Origin: Klebsormidium nitens
Taxonomy: Eukaryota; Plantae; Klebsormidiophyceae
Direction of reading: 5' to 3'
Assembly (NCBI GenBank): GCA_000708835.1
Contig: DF237183.1
Span: 1-64,000 of the forward strand
DNA length: 64,000 nucleotides
In this document: positions 37,901-49,279 of the stretch, piece after piece
Position numbering within the stretch: the first letter of the stretch is position 1
Layout of the letters: each line of letters starts with the position of its first letter
Program-made: the position numbers and the translations under genes
The notes under the pieces: generated by a model
Told to the model about the DNA's origin: nothing
The model's database searches: none
The model's input: only the letters and a program-made list of their open reading frames with translations

Positions 37901-40900
37901 AATAGGTGGGCCATAAAATGGATATCGTGAAACCCATTTTTATTCTGGGTGGGCCTAAGTTTAGGAGTATGGTTAGTCCCTGACAATCGTACTCCGTGGA
38001 GGTCAGTAAGTCTATCGAAGGGTTGACTTAAGGACAGACACATGCTGCCAGATTCTTGAAAAGAAATACGAAACAACTCAGCCGTGCTCAAAATCCCTAG
38101 TTGAACATGACCGGAACATTGCGTAGGGCCTTGCTAAAGGTGCCTGCAAAGGTTCCTGTTCCAGTTTTTGGCCTCCAATCATGAATCCGGGGGAATCGAA
38201 ATGGCGTCAGTCGGCAGGCACTTAGAAGACCCAAGCGTTGTCACGCATCAGCAGTCTGCGCTCTTGTACACCGTGAGTCAGTCTTGTCCCAGATGCTAAT
38301 CATTAAAAAACCGCATTCAAATGATACTGCTATCCGGAAGTCAGACTTTCCGAGGCAAACAGCTAACCGTAGTAGGAATGGCCCCTTCACGTGCGACGTG
38401 ATCTGGCCGACTCTCAGGATACCGGAAAGCCACAAGGCTTAGGATACGGCTGCTTGCTCAGAACTCGAAAGCTCACGAGTGTGCGCGCATCCGCTCACCA
38501 CTTTCATGGTGAACATGGCCGTGTTCTTCGTCTTGTCAATCGCCAGCGCCGACAAGCTCCCGTTCTTGCTGCAATTGCAAAAGCAATTGATTATCAACCG
38601 TCTTTTAGGAAGGAAAGGAACCCTTTCAGCTTCCACGCTTTCCATATCAAGTTTGCCGAATGGACTGTTTTCAGTTAAAAAGCATTTCATTAGGTTTCAG
38701 CTGCCCTGTATTCTTAACGTGGTCCTAAGTCCACGTGCTATGTTACGTACACATCCGTAAGCGGCAGGTATGCAGCACAAGGCTCATGCTGCCACGTGGC
38801 ATCGTCAGATAGGCCGGATTTTCTTACCAGCAGTTGGCCACCCCGGCGGCGTAGATTTGGTCGGGCGGCAGGTCCACGATGGTGGGGGCGGTCACGCAGC
38901 TGTGCGCCAGGTTGATCGAGTCGCCGTACGTCTTGGCGTTGGATGACCGCGCGCAGTCTGAGAAGGGGCGACCGGACGTAGAGTGGTGTCAAAGCGATAA
39001 AGGAAGCGCCAGAGAGAGTACAGATCTGAGGATCCCTGAAAATTGACTTGCTGTGCGTGCTTCTTGAAGGAAGAACGCGCAATCAGAATTCTCACAAAAG
39101 ACCTTTTACTGACTGCCCGGCAGACCGGGACACACCGGGACTGGCTTTCACAAAACCCGCCTCGATTGCAGGGGGGTGAGAGGGGCGACAACGAAGCAAT
39201 GAAGTCCAGGACCTTTCGCCAGAAAGCTTTCAAACGGAAAGGTGGATAAGCGAGAAATGAAGCGACAATAACGCGCCGAGGTCCTTGAACTCTTGACCAG
39301 AGAAGATGGCGCGATTGCAGCGCTCAGGACTTCAAGACTCCCCGTTACCTTGCGAATGACGGAGATTGAATCCCAGCAGAATTGGATCCGCGTTGCGTCA
39401 AAAACAACGGAAGAGAGCTCTCTGTGTTCTTACCGCCGACCAGGGTTGCCTGCGCGCCATTCATTGACCAGATGAACCTGCAAACGAAAGCAACCCATCA
39501 GACCGCAAGGTGAAGCTCGGACTATCAGCCTTTCTCTGCGACTTGCAACCCTGCTACTAAATATACATCGCCCTTGTGATGTCACTCATGAGCAAAGCAA
39601 CCTGGTGTGGCCCGCGAGTCCTGCAGTGGTTTTCAACAAAGAGACAAGTACCTCCCAATCCTGACGCCCAGCGATTAACCTTTGTCAACGATGGTGAATC
39701 TAATTCCTCATTTGAATCTACGAGGCCTCTGATTCGCGCCGTCAACACTGTACAGGAATGCCTACAAAATTGCGAAAGGCCGGTGAACCAAAAGCAGATA
39801 TCCACGAGGCCTTGTTTTTGCCGCCTTGGCCAGAAATATCCACTTACTCGCCCATGGTCCAGATCCACGACAAGGCCCACCCGGGCCCCTTGGGATAGCT
39901 GTCAACGCTCCGGTACCGCTGGTTGTTGGCGACGGTCACTTGGGCCTGCGGAAACGGAACGCTTGTTCAGCGGAAGCGGAAAACGCGCATCCAAGGTGGA
40001 CGGCGCGATCGCGAAGAACAGACACGCGCACGCGCAGTTGGGAAACGGGGACTCCGCATGGCTTCAGGAGGACAGGCACGCATCGCGCGTTTTGAGATTG
40101 GAATACATCATTTCAACCAAAAAGTACAGGTTGAATCCTTCATGCGACAATCTGTCTGTCTAGAACCTTTGGTGGTTTTGTAGCGTAAGCTCCTCACCGT
40201 GTATTGCGACGTTTCTGACGTGATCACGTCCCACGTGATTTGGATGACACCCAAGGCGTCCAGAGGCTGGTCCAAGGCGGAGGGAGCTGCACAAAAGGGT
40301 TTGGAGACGGTCTGACTTTACCGAGGAACGGACAATGCGAATACGCAGAACACAGCGAGAATTTGCAATGGTCCGATTGTGCCATGGTCACGAAGCCGGT
40401 ACGTCTGGAAAGTGGTGCTGTGTTATTGTATTTTAGGTCCCAGAAAACGAGATGATGGCGCGTTCCTGTGACAAAGCCGGAAGGCAGTTCTTGCCGAGCA
40501 AACACTTCAGACCATACATGTGCATATCAGACCACGCAACACATCAAATCTTCACAACACATTTGGATCGCAATGGATTTTGCGTCTGTAAGAGTTAGCC
40601 ACAGGTGTGCAAAGCATGGTACAAGAGGGGGCGCCTTACCGGGTGCTGGTGCCAGTGGCGTCGTCCTTTCGTCGCAACACACACGGAGGCGGTTCGCTGC
40701 AAAATAGTCAGACAAGCGTTCTGTCAATTCTCCGTCTTTTCTAAAAGTAGATGGAAAACTTCTTTCCCTCATCTGGGGCCAAGTCATGCACCACCAAGCT
40801 CTCAGGCGGCGCATTGCGCGTCGAGTTGCAAACATTTTCTTTCAAACTAGAACGAGCGGAATAAAGCGGTGGAAGCATATTGTCGAGTAGATCGAGCGTT

Positions 40901-43900
40901 CCGGTTCCTCACTCGTTCCGCTGGGGTACGTTCCGGGGCGGCATAGGTAGCTCGGATCCACTATGGTAAGCGAGGCGGGTAGTGCGTCCCCCTCATCCGC
41001 GGCGCCAAATTCGGTGCCCACGATGCTGACGCTGCGAATGTACTGCGTGATGTCACCCGCCACGTCGATCGAGTTGGGCAGGTTGGGCGTCGAGATGGGT
41101 GCGTTGAACAGGGTCGTGTTGCCTGCAGGCGACATCCGTCGGTATTTGAAATTTTTGAGGTTGAGAAACTCTCAAAGTCGAGGGGACTTGGTTTGTGAGG
41201 CTGCAGCCCAACCGTGCGCACTTTGCGCGTGGCGATAGGCCCGTCATATCAATGGTCTTGTTGCGAAGAAAAACACGGGCACTCATACTCTTCAAGGTGT
41301 CAGAAGTCCGAAGTCCTGATGTTCCGCGCCGTCGCACCCGCAAAGATTGTGTGGTTCAGAGCAAGACCGCGAGGCGCGAGGAGATATTTGGAGACTGGGC
41401 AACATGTAAGAGAAATGTCGGAAAACGAGAGTGACGACTCTTGAAGCTTACGAACTTAAGCTCTGAGATTTCTAACTTGAAGTATCCGAAAGCTAATTGC
41501 CAGGTGTCAAGCTTCGCGCATTAGATACTCCCGGAACCCAACTCTTCAGATCTTGCGGTCTGAGGTCCGTTCATTCACATGTCCGGTGTTTCAGGACCCA
41601 CAGCACGCATCTTCCGCTTCGACAGCATTCCGGAAGCGGCAAAGTTTAAATCTTCTTGTAAAGGCGGAATGCGGAACAGGGCGTCAGCTTGGTGCGTGAC
41701 GTCAGCGCTGACCTTGCGCTGGCAGTCCCAGGGGGCTGTCGATGTCCGCTCCGCTAACGGTGGTGATGATCTCATTCAGCTGGTATCCGATCTGCAGCTG
41801 CCAGTTCTGCAGACGGGAAGACGTTACGATGACGTCAGCAAAGTCGTGCTTTACTCTTAAACCATTTTTTCTTGGGTTTCGGAATCGTTTGCGACGACAA
41901 CGAACTTGCAAGGTGCTAAGAGCCACTAATCGCAAGACCCCAGCAGGCAGCAATAAAAATAAGGACAGACGCGCTTAAGTTCTAAGAAGCAACCTTCATT
42001 TTCTTGTTGAAGTCTAACGAGTGCAGTACTTCGGTGCAAAGCTGAGGTCTGATGGGTAAAGATTCACGCAGCCCACCTTGAGCGTTTTGGAGCCGATGTT
42101 CTGCATGGTCGCCGTGGCCTCGAAGCGGAACGGCTGCGGATCGGCGACCGGCGGAATCATTGACACCGTGTTCACCGCGTAGTCGATGACCACACCCGTG
42201 CACGGGCCGGTTGCCACACTGGTGGCGTTGGTTCCGTTCACGGAACTGCCGGGGGTGGCGGAAGAAGGGGCTGCAAGCGGAATGGAAAGAAATGGTTGCT
42301 TTCGACGCCGCTTTTTGACACACAGATAGAGTCGCGTGTCTGGGTAAGATAAGGAAAAGTAAGCTTGATCTGGGAGGATGAAGTTCCACACTCCAATTTC
42401 TGCAGTACCTGAAAGTTGCGTATTTCACCAATATCAACGCTCGCCTTTCAGAGGTGCAACCTCTTTCCCTCGCTTCAATTCTGAAACATGCAACAGAAAG
42501 TGATTGCCGCAGAGTACCAAACCTTTGAACTAGAACATGCGTCTCTTCGAAAGCCAGGTCTGGGGGAATATCAAGACTCTCCTGATCAATTGGGTGCGAC
42601 TCCTGCAATCCCGCAGGACAGCGCGCGCGCGCGCGCGCACTCACGCGAACGGGGCGACACCGCGCAGCACATCCTGAGCCTGGTGTCGCCCGCTGTGCTG
42701 AGTACATATTTCTAAATTCTTCTTATCTAATTCTGGTGGCGTCTCGCACTTTCCGGGTCGCTATGAAGCGGCGATCCCATTAGAAAGCGCGCGCGCGCAC
42801 ACTCACGCGAGGGCGGCGACACCGCACAGCACATCCTGAGCCTGGTGTCGCCGAGGTAGCTGGTGGCCTGGCCCTTGGCGATGCACGGGTGCGCGTTGAA
42901 GAAGAGCGTCATCGCTGACGGCAGCACGCCGATGCCGGACGGCTTGCCGAACCGCGCGCCGGTTAGGGGAACCTGCAGGAGGGTTAAATATTATCACACT
43001 GATTGACGACGAGCTTTGAATTTGCGTCAGGATTTTCCAGAGACTCTGATATTGCAGCACGCCGATGCCGGACGGCTTGCCGACTCACGCGCCAGTTAAA
43101 TGAACCTGCAGGAAGAAAAATCTTCTTTTGACAATTCCATACTCTCTGACCGACGCACTTTTCAGATTTGCGTCAAGCTTTGCAAAGTCTCGTACCATTG
43201 CTGGTCCGATTCTGTCGCCCGTGAAAGGCATATCTGATGCAGGGAGTACTAAACCAACCGTACCTTGTTGCCCGCTTTTGATTGAACGGACCAAGGTTGA
43301 TCTTTACGAGGACGCTCTTCGTGTTGTGTATTGTGCTTTTGTTTTCACCGGCCCTCTGCCCGCGAGGATCTGCCGTCATTTTCTTTTCGACCTTCGAGCA
43401 TTTCGTGCAGGACAGCCGTATTTGGTGCTTGAATGGGAACTTGAGAATCTTGACTGGTCGCTCCTTGTTGGGCAATGATTTCACAGCGCAGCTTGCCGAA
43501 TCGAAAGGTCACAAAGCGCCGACGCTTTAAATGATGAATCGGGCACAAAGACAACACGACAATGTTGACATGAAGGGAATTGGATGTGCAAAGCAAGGTC
43601 GTGGCGGATTCAGCACCTTTAACACCCTAGACCGGGAACGTACCTGGATTTCGTACTTGTTGGTGTCACCCGCCGCTTCGAGCGACGTCGGTAAGTCGGA
43701 CTGCCAAGGGGGGCTGGAAATGGCCAAATTGTTGCCTGGACATGGGAAGACAAGCTGTCTTGATGCGTGCAGTCTTGAGCGAGCTCTAAGTATTTCACTC
43801 ACAAATAATACTTTCGAACGACAAGCTGTCTGGATGTTGTGCAGTCTTGAGGACCTCTAAAATTTTCCTACAACTTCCAGATTTCAAGGGTAGCACAGTC

Positions 43901-46523
43901 GAGAAACAGGGACACTGCAATCAGCCGGCGAGCGAGGTTCCAGTCTTCATCATCTGGCCGTATCATTCTGATAGGTCGGGCGGAGATGGGAACGGTATGA
44001 CCGTGTTAGTAAAAAAGCCGTGTAATGTGAAAGCCACGACTTCTAAAGAATCAGAAACTTGGAAGGAGAGTTGCGAAAGAAGTACGTCCGAGTCAGAAAA
44101 GCGATCAACTTCGGCAAAGAGCTCAGTGACCGAGCAGAAACGGGGAAGACGGCGAGAGAGCAAATCAATCTTTACCATTGAGCCAAACACTTCTGAATGG
44201 ATAGGTTCGAGCAAATGTAAAAACGGTGACTTTGTATTTCGAAAAACATGCAACTTCTAGTAAGCCAGAACGCTCAAGGAGAGCTGGAAGTAAACACGTC
44301 CGGTTCAGAAACCACCCAACTCTGACAGACAACTCAGATACTGACCTGAGACGGGGAAGACAGACGGGCTAGCCGCCGCGTTAGCCACGCTTGTAATATT
44401 CTCATTGTTGACGAAGTTGAAATACGCGGCCCATTTGTACACGTGTTGCGTGCCCACGTTCGACAGCACCAGCCGGGAATTGAACGAATACGTGGTCGTG
44501 CCCCCCCCCGGGAAACTTTTGTCGCCGTCGTATATATAATCCGCCAGCACGCCGTTGCAGCTGGTCGCCTGGATGGGGGCCGGGGTGGGCGCCCCGGTCG
44601 GCGGGTTGGCGATCTCGTTGCAGCACAGCCAGTAGGAGGAACCTGCCCGGGGAAAGAAGGACCGGGGTCAGACTTTCTCGCGCTTTAGGCGACCTTCGGT
44701 GAGGAGACGTGAAAAGCGTGCTCTCCTCAAGCTTGCAAAACGCTCGCTGAGTCGTGCCTAGTTGATCACGCTGATCCAAAACTCGGTCAATGCAGCTTGT
44801 TTGGAGACCGACGCACCACAGAGCCCCCCCTCGCTCGATCAGAAGTCAGACGCAAACTACGGACAACCAGTCACTCTTCTCTAAAGCGCTGCCAAAAGCA
44901 CAAGCACGCTCGAATCACTCTCTCGAAGACCGCGTTCCGCTCTCTCACCGCTCTGCGTTCCGCTTCCGCAGGTGATGCCGTAAGCGGTAAGGGTGAGGCT
45001 GGAGGGGAACATGCTAGTTGTTGCCGCTGACCCAATCCTAGTTCCTGAGATAGTGATGTACTGGTAGTACTTGTTGGTGTCGCCGTTCACGGCCGTCGAC
45101 GTCGGCAGGTAGGGCGCCCACGTGGGCGGGAGGAACGTCATGCTCGCACCTGGAAAAACGTAGTGGGTAATCAGAAGTGTGTCTGGGCTTATGAGAGTTC
45201 GGAGTTGGAATGCGGTTAGGAATTTGAGGGCGGGTGATGAAGCTTGATGAAGCTCCACAATCGCTTTCTGAACACTTCGTCCTGGCTCGTGGCAGCTCCT
45301 TCAGTATCAGACTGCAGGTGCGCTTCGCAAACGAACCCTTAGGAACCGGAACACTACTATGGGAAGTGCAATCATTGCATTAACCTGACAAGATGCTACG
45401 AATCCTTTCAATCTGCTCTGGAATCACCCACGCTTCACTCCAGGCGTTGTGCAGTGCTGAAGCAGCTCGCTTGGGCCGAAGAATAGAGGGAAACTTCCAC
45501 CTTCAAGTAAGATGCCAGTAATGCTACGGTTTAGGCAGCCGGGCTCCTCTTATATGCTTACCCTTGTGGCACTGACCTCATGCGATGCAAACATCTTCAA
45601 GCAGAAACTATGCTCACCGTAGGCGGGGTACAGCGGGGTTGAGCTCGCGCCGTCGACGGCGGTCACGTACTCGTCAACGTTGAACCCGACTTTGAGCGCC
45701 CAGTTGGTCAAGTTGCGCGTGCCAATGTTTTTCATGGCGATCGTCGATGTGAATCGCCACCAGTTGGAGATGGCGGCTGACTCGATGGGTGACGTGTCGG
45801 GGTACGTCATGGTGTACTGCACCTGGATGGTGTAAGTGCCGGCCGTGCAGAACTGGGGGCTCGCACCTGGGCGGAACGTGGAGTTACCTTTTTGAGGCAA
45901 TCTAAATCCGATGAAAGAGCGCTTAGCCGAGGGTCTTGGTTGCCGGATGCTGCAGAGAAGTGCTCGGCTTCATATACTGGGGGGCATTACAGAACGGCCT
46001 TCCGTACCGGGAGGTGTCAAACTTTGCTCTTAGTATCTGGAAGTTGCTGAGCAGACAGGGTCGTGAAAGTTCTTTACCGTAGCAGTGCAGATATAGCACC
46101 TGGATATATAACATAGTATAGTCGATCTTGCGCGCAAATCAGTAATAATCACTCTGCTTTGCGAAGCTCAGAAACATCACAAGGACTTGCCTTAGGATTT
46201 TGTCACGCATTGCTTTGATCTCGATGTGACAGTCCTTAAGAAAAAGAAGCCGGCAGATTCACAAGGTCGGCGTCGTGATCTGCTCTTTGCACCATGTGGA
46301 AAGCTGTGCGTAGAGGGTTCAGTCATGAATATACTCAATCACTTCTGATCATGAACATCTGACAAGTTCTTCAGACCATGTCCTCAGTCGAATGCGAGAA
46401 TCAATCCTTGCTCCTAGCGAGGAGGTGGATCATGGATTGCATACCTGCAGCTATCCGGAGCAGGCACAGCAGACTCGCCCCGAGCAGCAGCAACCCGCAT
46501 GGTAACCGGCTCCTGATGGCCAT
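34976..46523 (-). CDS. COBL: COBRA-like (COBL7-subgroup-like) GPI-anchored protein with three tandem N-terminal CBM2-like domains; 20 exons, ~989 aa
   Basis: Exons 46523-46445 (signal peptide MAIRSRLPCGLLLLGASLLCLLRIAAG), 45866-45618, 45149-44949, 44642-44346, 43735-43644, 42972-42807, 42270-42077, 41806-41713, 41122-40913, 40696-40640, 40286-40198, 39945-39848, 39477-39434, 38957-38828, 38568-38499, 37710-37563, 37130-37059, 36634-36412, 36047-35866, 35250-34976; frame continuous. COBRA core: IQITWDV, AQVTV, WALSWIW..EFIWSMNGAQAT, PTIVDLPP, NCCKNG, TWSIQC, CCVSFSAF, PCATCACGC, CPVNFHWHI, FPTRVLLNGYEC. Hydrophobic C-terminal tail consistent with a GPI signal. Confidence 0.92.
35319..35370 (-). 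repeat. Intronic decayed copy of the COBL terminal-exon acceptor plus exon start
   Basis: ttccctgcag|tgttctacgacatggtctgccagggccaacccgagc (35358) vs real ttccctgcag|tgtacaacatgctcttccagggctacccgagc (35250); offset 108. Confidence 0.8.
42621..42690 (-). repeat. Intronic copy of the COBL exon-6 3' end plus donor plus (GC)n tract
   Basis: ggcgacaccaggctcaggatgtgctgcgcggtgtcgccccgttcgc|gtgagtgcgcgcg vs real ggcgacaccaggctcaggatgtgctgtgcggtgtcgccgccctcgc|gtgagtgtgcgcg at 42852-42787; offset 162. Confidence 0.92.
43054..43113 (-). repeat. Intronic copy of the COBL exon-6 acceptor plus exon start
   Basis: cctgcag|gttcatttaactggcgcgtgagtcggcaagccgtccggcatcggcgtgctgc vs real cctgcag|gttcccctaaccggcgcgcggttcggcaagccgtccggcatcggcgtgctgc (42972); offset 133. 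Confidence 0.92.
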
Positions 46524-46572
46524 GGTATTGGCGCACGTTTGGGTCCAGAGCAAAAATGCTAAGCTCTTGACC

Positions 46573-49279
46573 TGGAAGAGACGAAGATCTCAGTAAGCTT
46601 TGGATGGAAGAATCAAGCCAGAGATGAAAGAAAGCGGCATCTCCTCAAGGAGATTGCCTGCGGTGAGAAGGACAGGAACTCATCTCATTGTCCTTTCTAC
46701 CGATTATAAGACGGCTGAGGCAGCTTCTGACAGCTGTCGCCTACGGGCCACTTATTCAATCCTTGGCAAAAAGTTTCATTGGCCACAGAAAACCACTGAG
46801 CAGGAGGCTTGTCTTGCTAGCAGAAGGCTTTTGCAAGGGTTTACAATGCTACCTGTGTGCAGCGCTTACAATCAGCTCAAGACCTCTTGCCCTTCTGTGC
46901 TGGCCACGCACAGCATTGCAATCAGCAAGTCGGTACGCACTGCCGCTAAGAAATTATTTACAAACATGAAGAGTGCGTAGGTATTGAGCGGCACCCCGCT
47001 GGCAAACAACTTCTAGCTGCTTAAAAGGTACATCTTCTGCCAAAAGCAGCTTTCTTACGAAGAGCGGGCAATGCTGTGAAGCATGATTATGGGAGTGTTC
47101 AACTTTTCAAAATGTAACCTCTGTACATGACCAAGTGGATCCACTGGACCAATTTGCAACACTGAAAGCACACTAGCATTGGGCCGCCTTTGCGCATGCT
47201 GCTCGTTTGTTGCTGATAAGACATGTAGAGAGAGAGCACGTTACTGCTCAGGTGAACAGAAGGCCCGTGGTCTTGTCAACTATCAAACAGTGCTGCGGAA
47301 AGACTTTGCAATTGCACCCTGATCAATGTCGAGCAAGCAGCGCCCTTAATCTGCCTTCTCTTCTTGAATTTAGATTCAATTGGTCTTGAGCAAAGCAGAG
47401 AGGAAAAGTGGGCTATGCATCAAATGGGCACTTTGAGAAGCCGCTGCTCACCTGATACTCACAATGCCGAGACTCTAACAGCACCACATATTGTAAAGGT
47501 CAGGGCGCTGCAAGAAACCCCGCCTTTATGCTTCAGAGGCTTGCTTTTAGGACCGTTGCTGCTGTATATCCGTTCCTCCCGCCTAACTCTTCTGCAACTC
47601 GCTGCAGTCCGCGACTTCACATTTGCAGCGAGAGAGTCAAGGAATGCCAACCTTGCGGCGATCCGCCCGTCCTCTCCAAATTGTATTTCTGGCTGGGCAT
47701 TGCTAGGCGTGTGACTTGCTTGACGTGCGTGATGATTGCCGCGCAGCCACCCTTCTCGAACTTTAGATTGGAAACCTGAAAGCATACTTTACCAGTATCG
47801 CACTGCAATGCATTTGTTGGCCAGGCTGGCCCGAGCCGCCAACAATCACATTTTGTCCGCGCACATTCACTTGACGAGCACCAGCCGTCCGATGAAGCAT
47901 CTTCGAGTGACAAAATCCATCCGACGGCAGAAGCAGCGAGAAGAACAGGAAAGCGGTTGGAAGTCAAGGACATGTTTAACCCGTAGGCTGTAGTCGGTTT
48001 ACAGAGTACCGTACGTATGCACATACGGTACGGTACATTGCCCAAGCTCAGTACATAGGTATCATCCGTAGGTGCAGCATGCAGCACCGTACTAGAGAGT
48101 GGAGACGCAATGCAGGCAGCTTCAACGTACACAGGCTAGAAAATCTAAGTGTCTGAACTGATGTGCGCTTGATAATATGAGTAGGCTGAGGATGCTCATG
48201 CACGCAGCTTGCCGCCGCCGAGTCAGCCTGTGGAGCTTCAGATTCTTTGCATATTCAGACCAAAGATGAATCATTCTCTCCGGCTGTTTGACATCTTTGC
48301 GCCTTAAGCAGGAGATCATTGCGCAGCATTCCAACAGCGCAGGATAGCCGCTCTGGAAGACGCCATTGCCTCCGGTTGCCGTTGTAACAGGTGCTTTCTT
48401 TCAATGAGGCGCAGATAAGTAATTGCAGGGGCGATCAGTCTGTGACAACCAGGGTTCAAGTGAGAGGCTGCAGCGGAAGGTGCTAATGAGAGCAAAGCAG
48501 TTGACCAGTCGTGTTGGGCCCTCCCTGCGCTGAGGCGCCTGCAGGGCGGATGGCTTCCAACAAGAGTTTGCATAGGCGGTCAAGCGGAGGCGCCGACGGG
48601 GTGCGTGAACTTTTTCTGGAATGACATGCTCCTCTATTGCTCGTGCATGGGCGTACGAGGGTGAATGCAACCCTTGCGCAGAAACTTTGGCTTCGCACCC
48701 TTGCTCAGTTGGTCTGGACAAGAAATTCCACATGCCTCAAAGCCAGATCTCTTTTGAGAGACGGAGTGATCATAGGAATCGAGGGGTTCATTTCGCAATG
48801 CTGCAGGCTAATGAAAATTTGAGTCAGAAGATATCTTGTTCTTATCATGGTCTGGCAAGGCCTTTGCTGGCAGCGTTGTCCAAAGGTGCTCCTTAAAAAA
48901 GCACTCTTGAGTAATTGGCACAATCCTGGAAAAGTGAGCATCTTTTACAGGTGTCAAATTTGCCAAAAACCCATGACTTTCAGACGGCTGCACTTGTTCT
49001 GCTGTTGACAGCGCAGATCTCATAGACAATGCCCCGGTTCATGCTTGCTGCCTGCAGAAGGCCAGCCACTGGGCAGCATTGTTTAAGAAATCCCCTCCTA
49101 CTTTCAGCGCAACCAGAGTACTCTGTGTTCTTCTGAGATAGTGGCCAAGACCAGCAATACATCAGAGCAGCACGCACGCAGACCACACACGTCTGTCATT
49201 GCGCATGCACCTCAAAGTCCATCAAATCTCTAAAACCAAGGCAGCCTGAACGCTAACAAGCTTGATATGGATTCTGCAG
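46573..49279. promoter_or_regulatory. Divergent intergenic region between COBL and CESA; putative shared promoter region containing 5'UTR exons/introns of both genes
   Basis: The genes are head-to-head. A minus-strand acceptor cttcgtctcttccag lies at ~46573, upstream of the COBL ATG, with a candidate donor cag|gtgagc at 47451. A plus-strand CTAAC...ttctgcag abuts the CESA ATG at 49280. No credible protein ORF lies in between. Confidence 0.5.
48006..48036. repeat. Hairpin / inverted repeat (9+5 bp stem, 1-nt bulge)
   Basis: gtaccgtac-gtatg-ca-catac-g-gtacggtac. Confidence 0.8.

Noticed and set aside
42621-42700. Donor echo as a mutually exclusive alternative COBL exon
   Set aside because: The nearest upstream AG gives a phase incompatible with the neighbouring exons, and the copy covers only the exon's 3' end.
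46600-48132. ORFs of 126 aa and 171 aa in the COBL-CESA intergenic region
   Set aside because: No motifs, no GC3 bias like the real exons, and no coherent splice chain; more likely UTR intron or promoter DNA.
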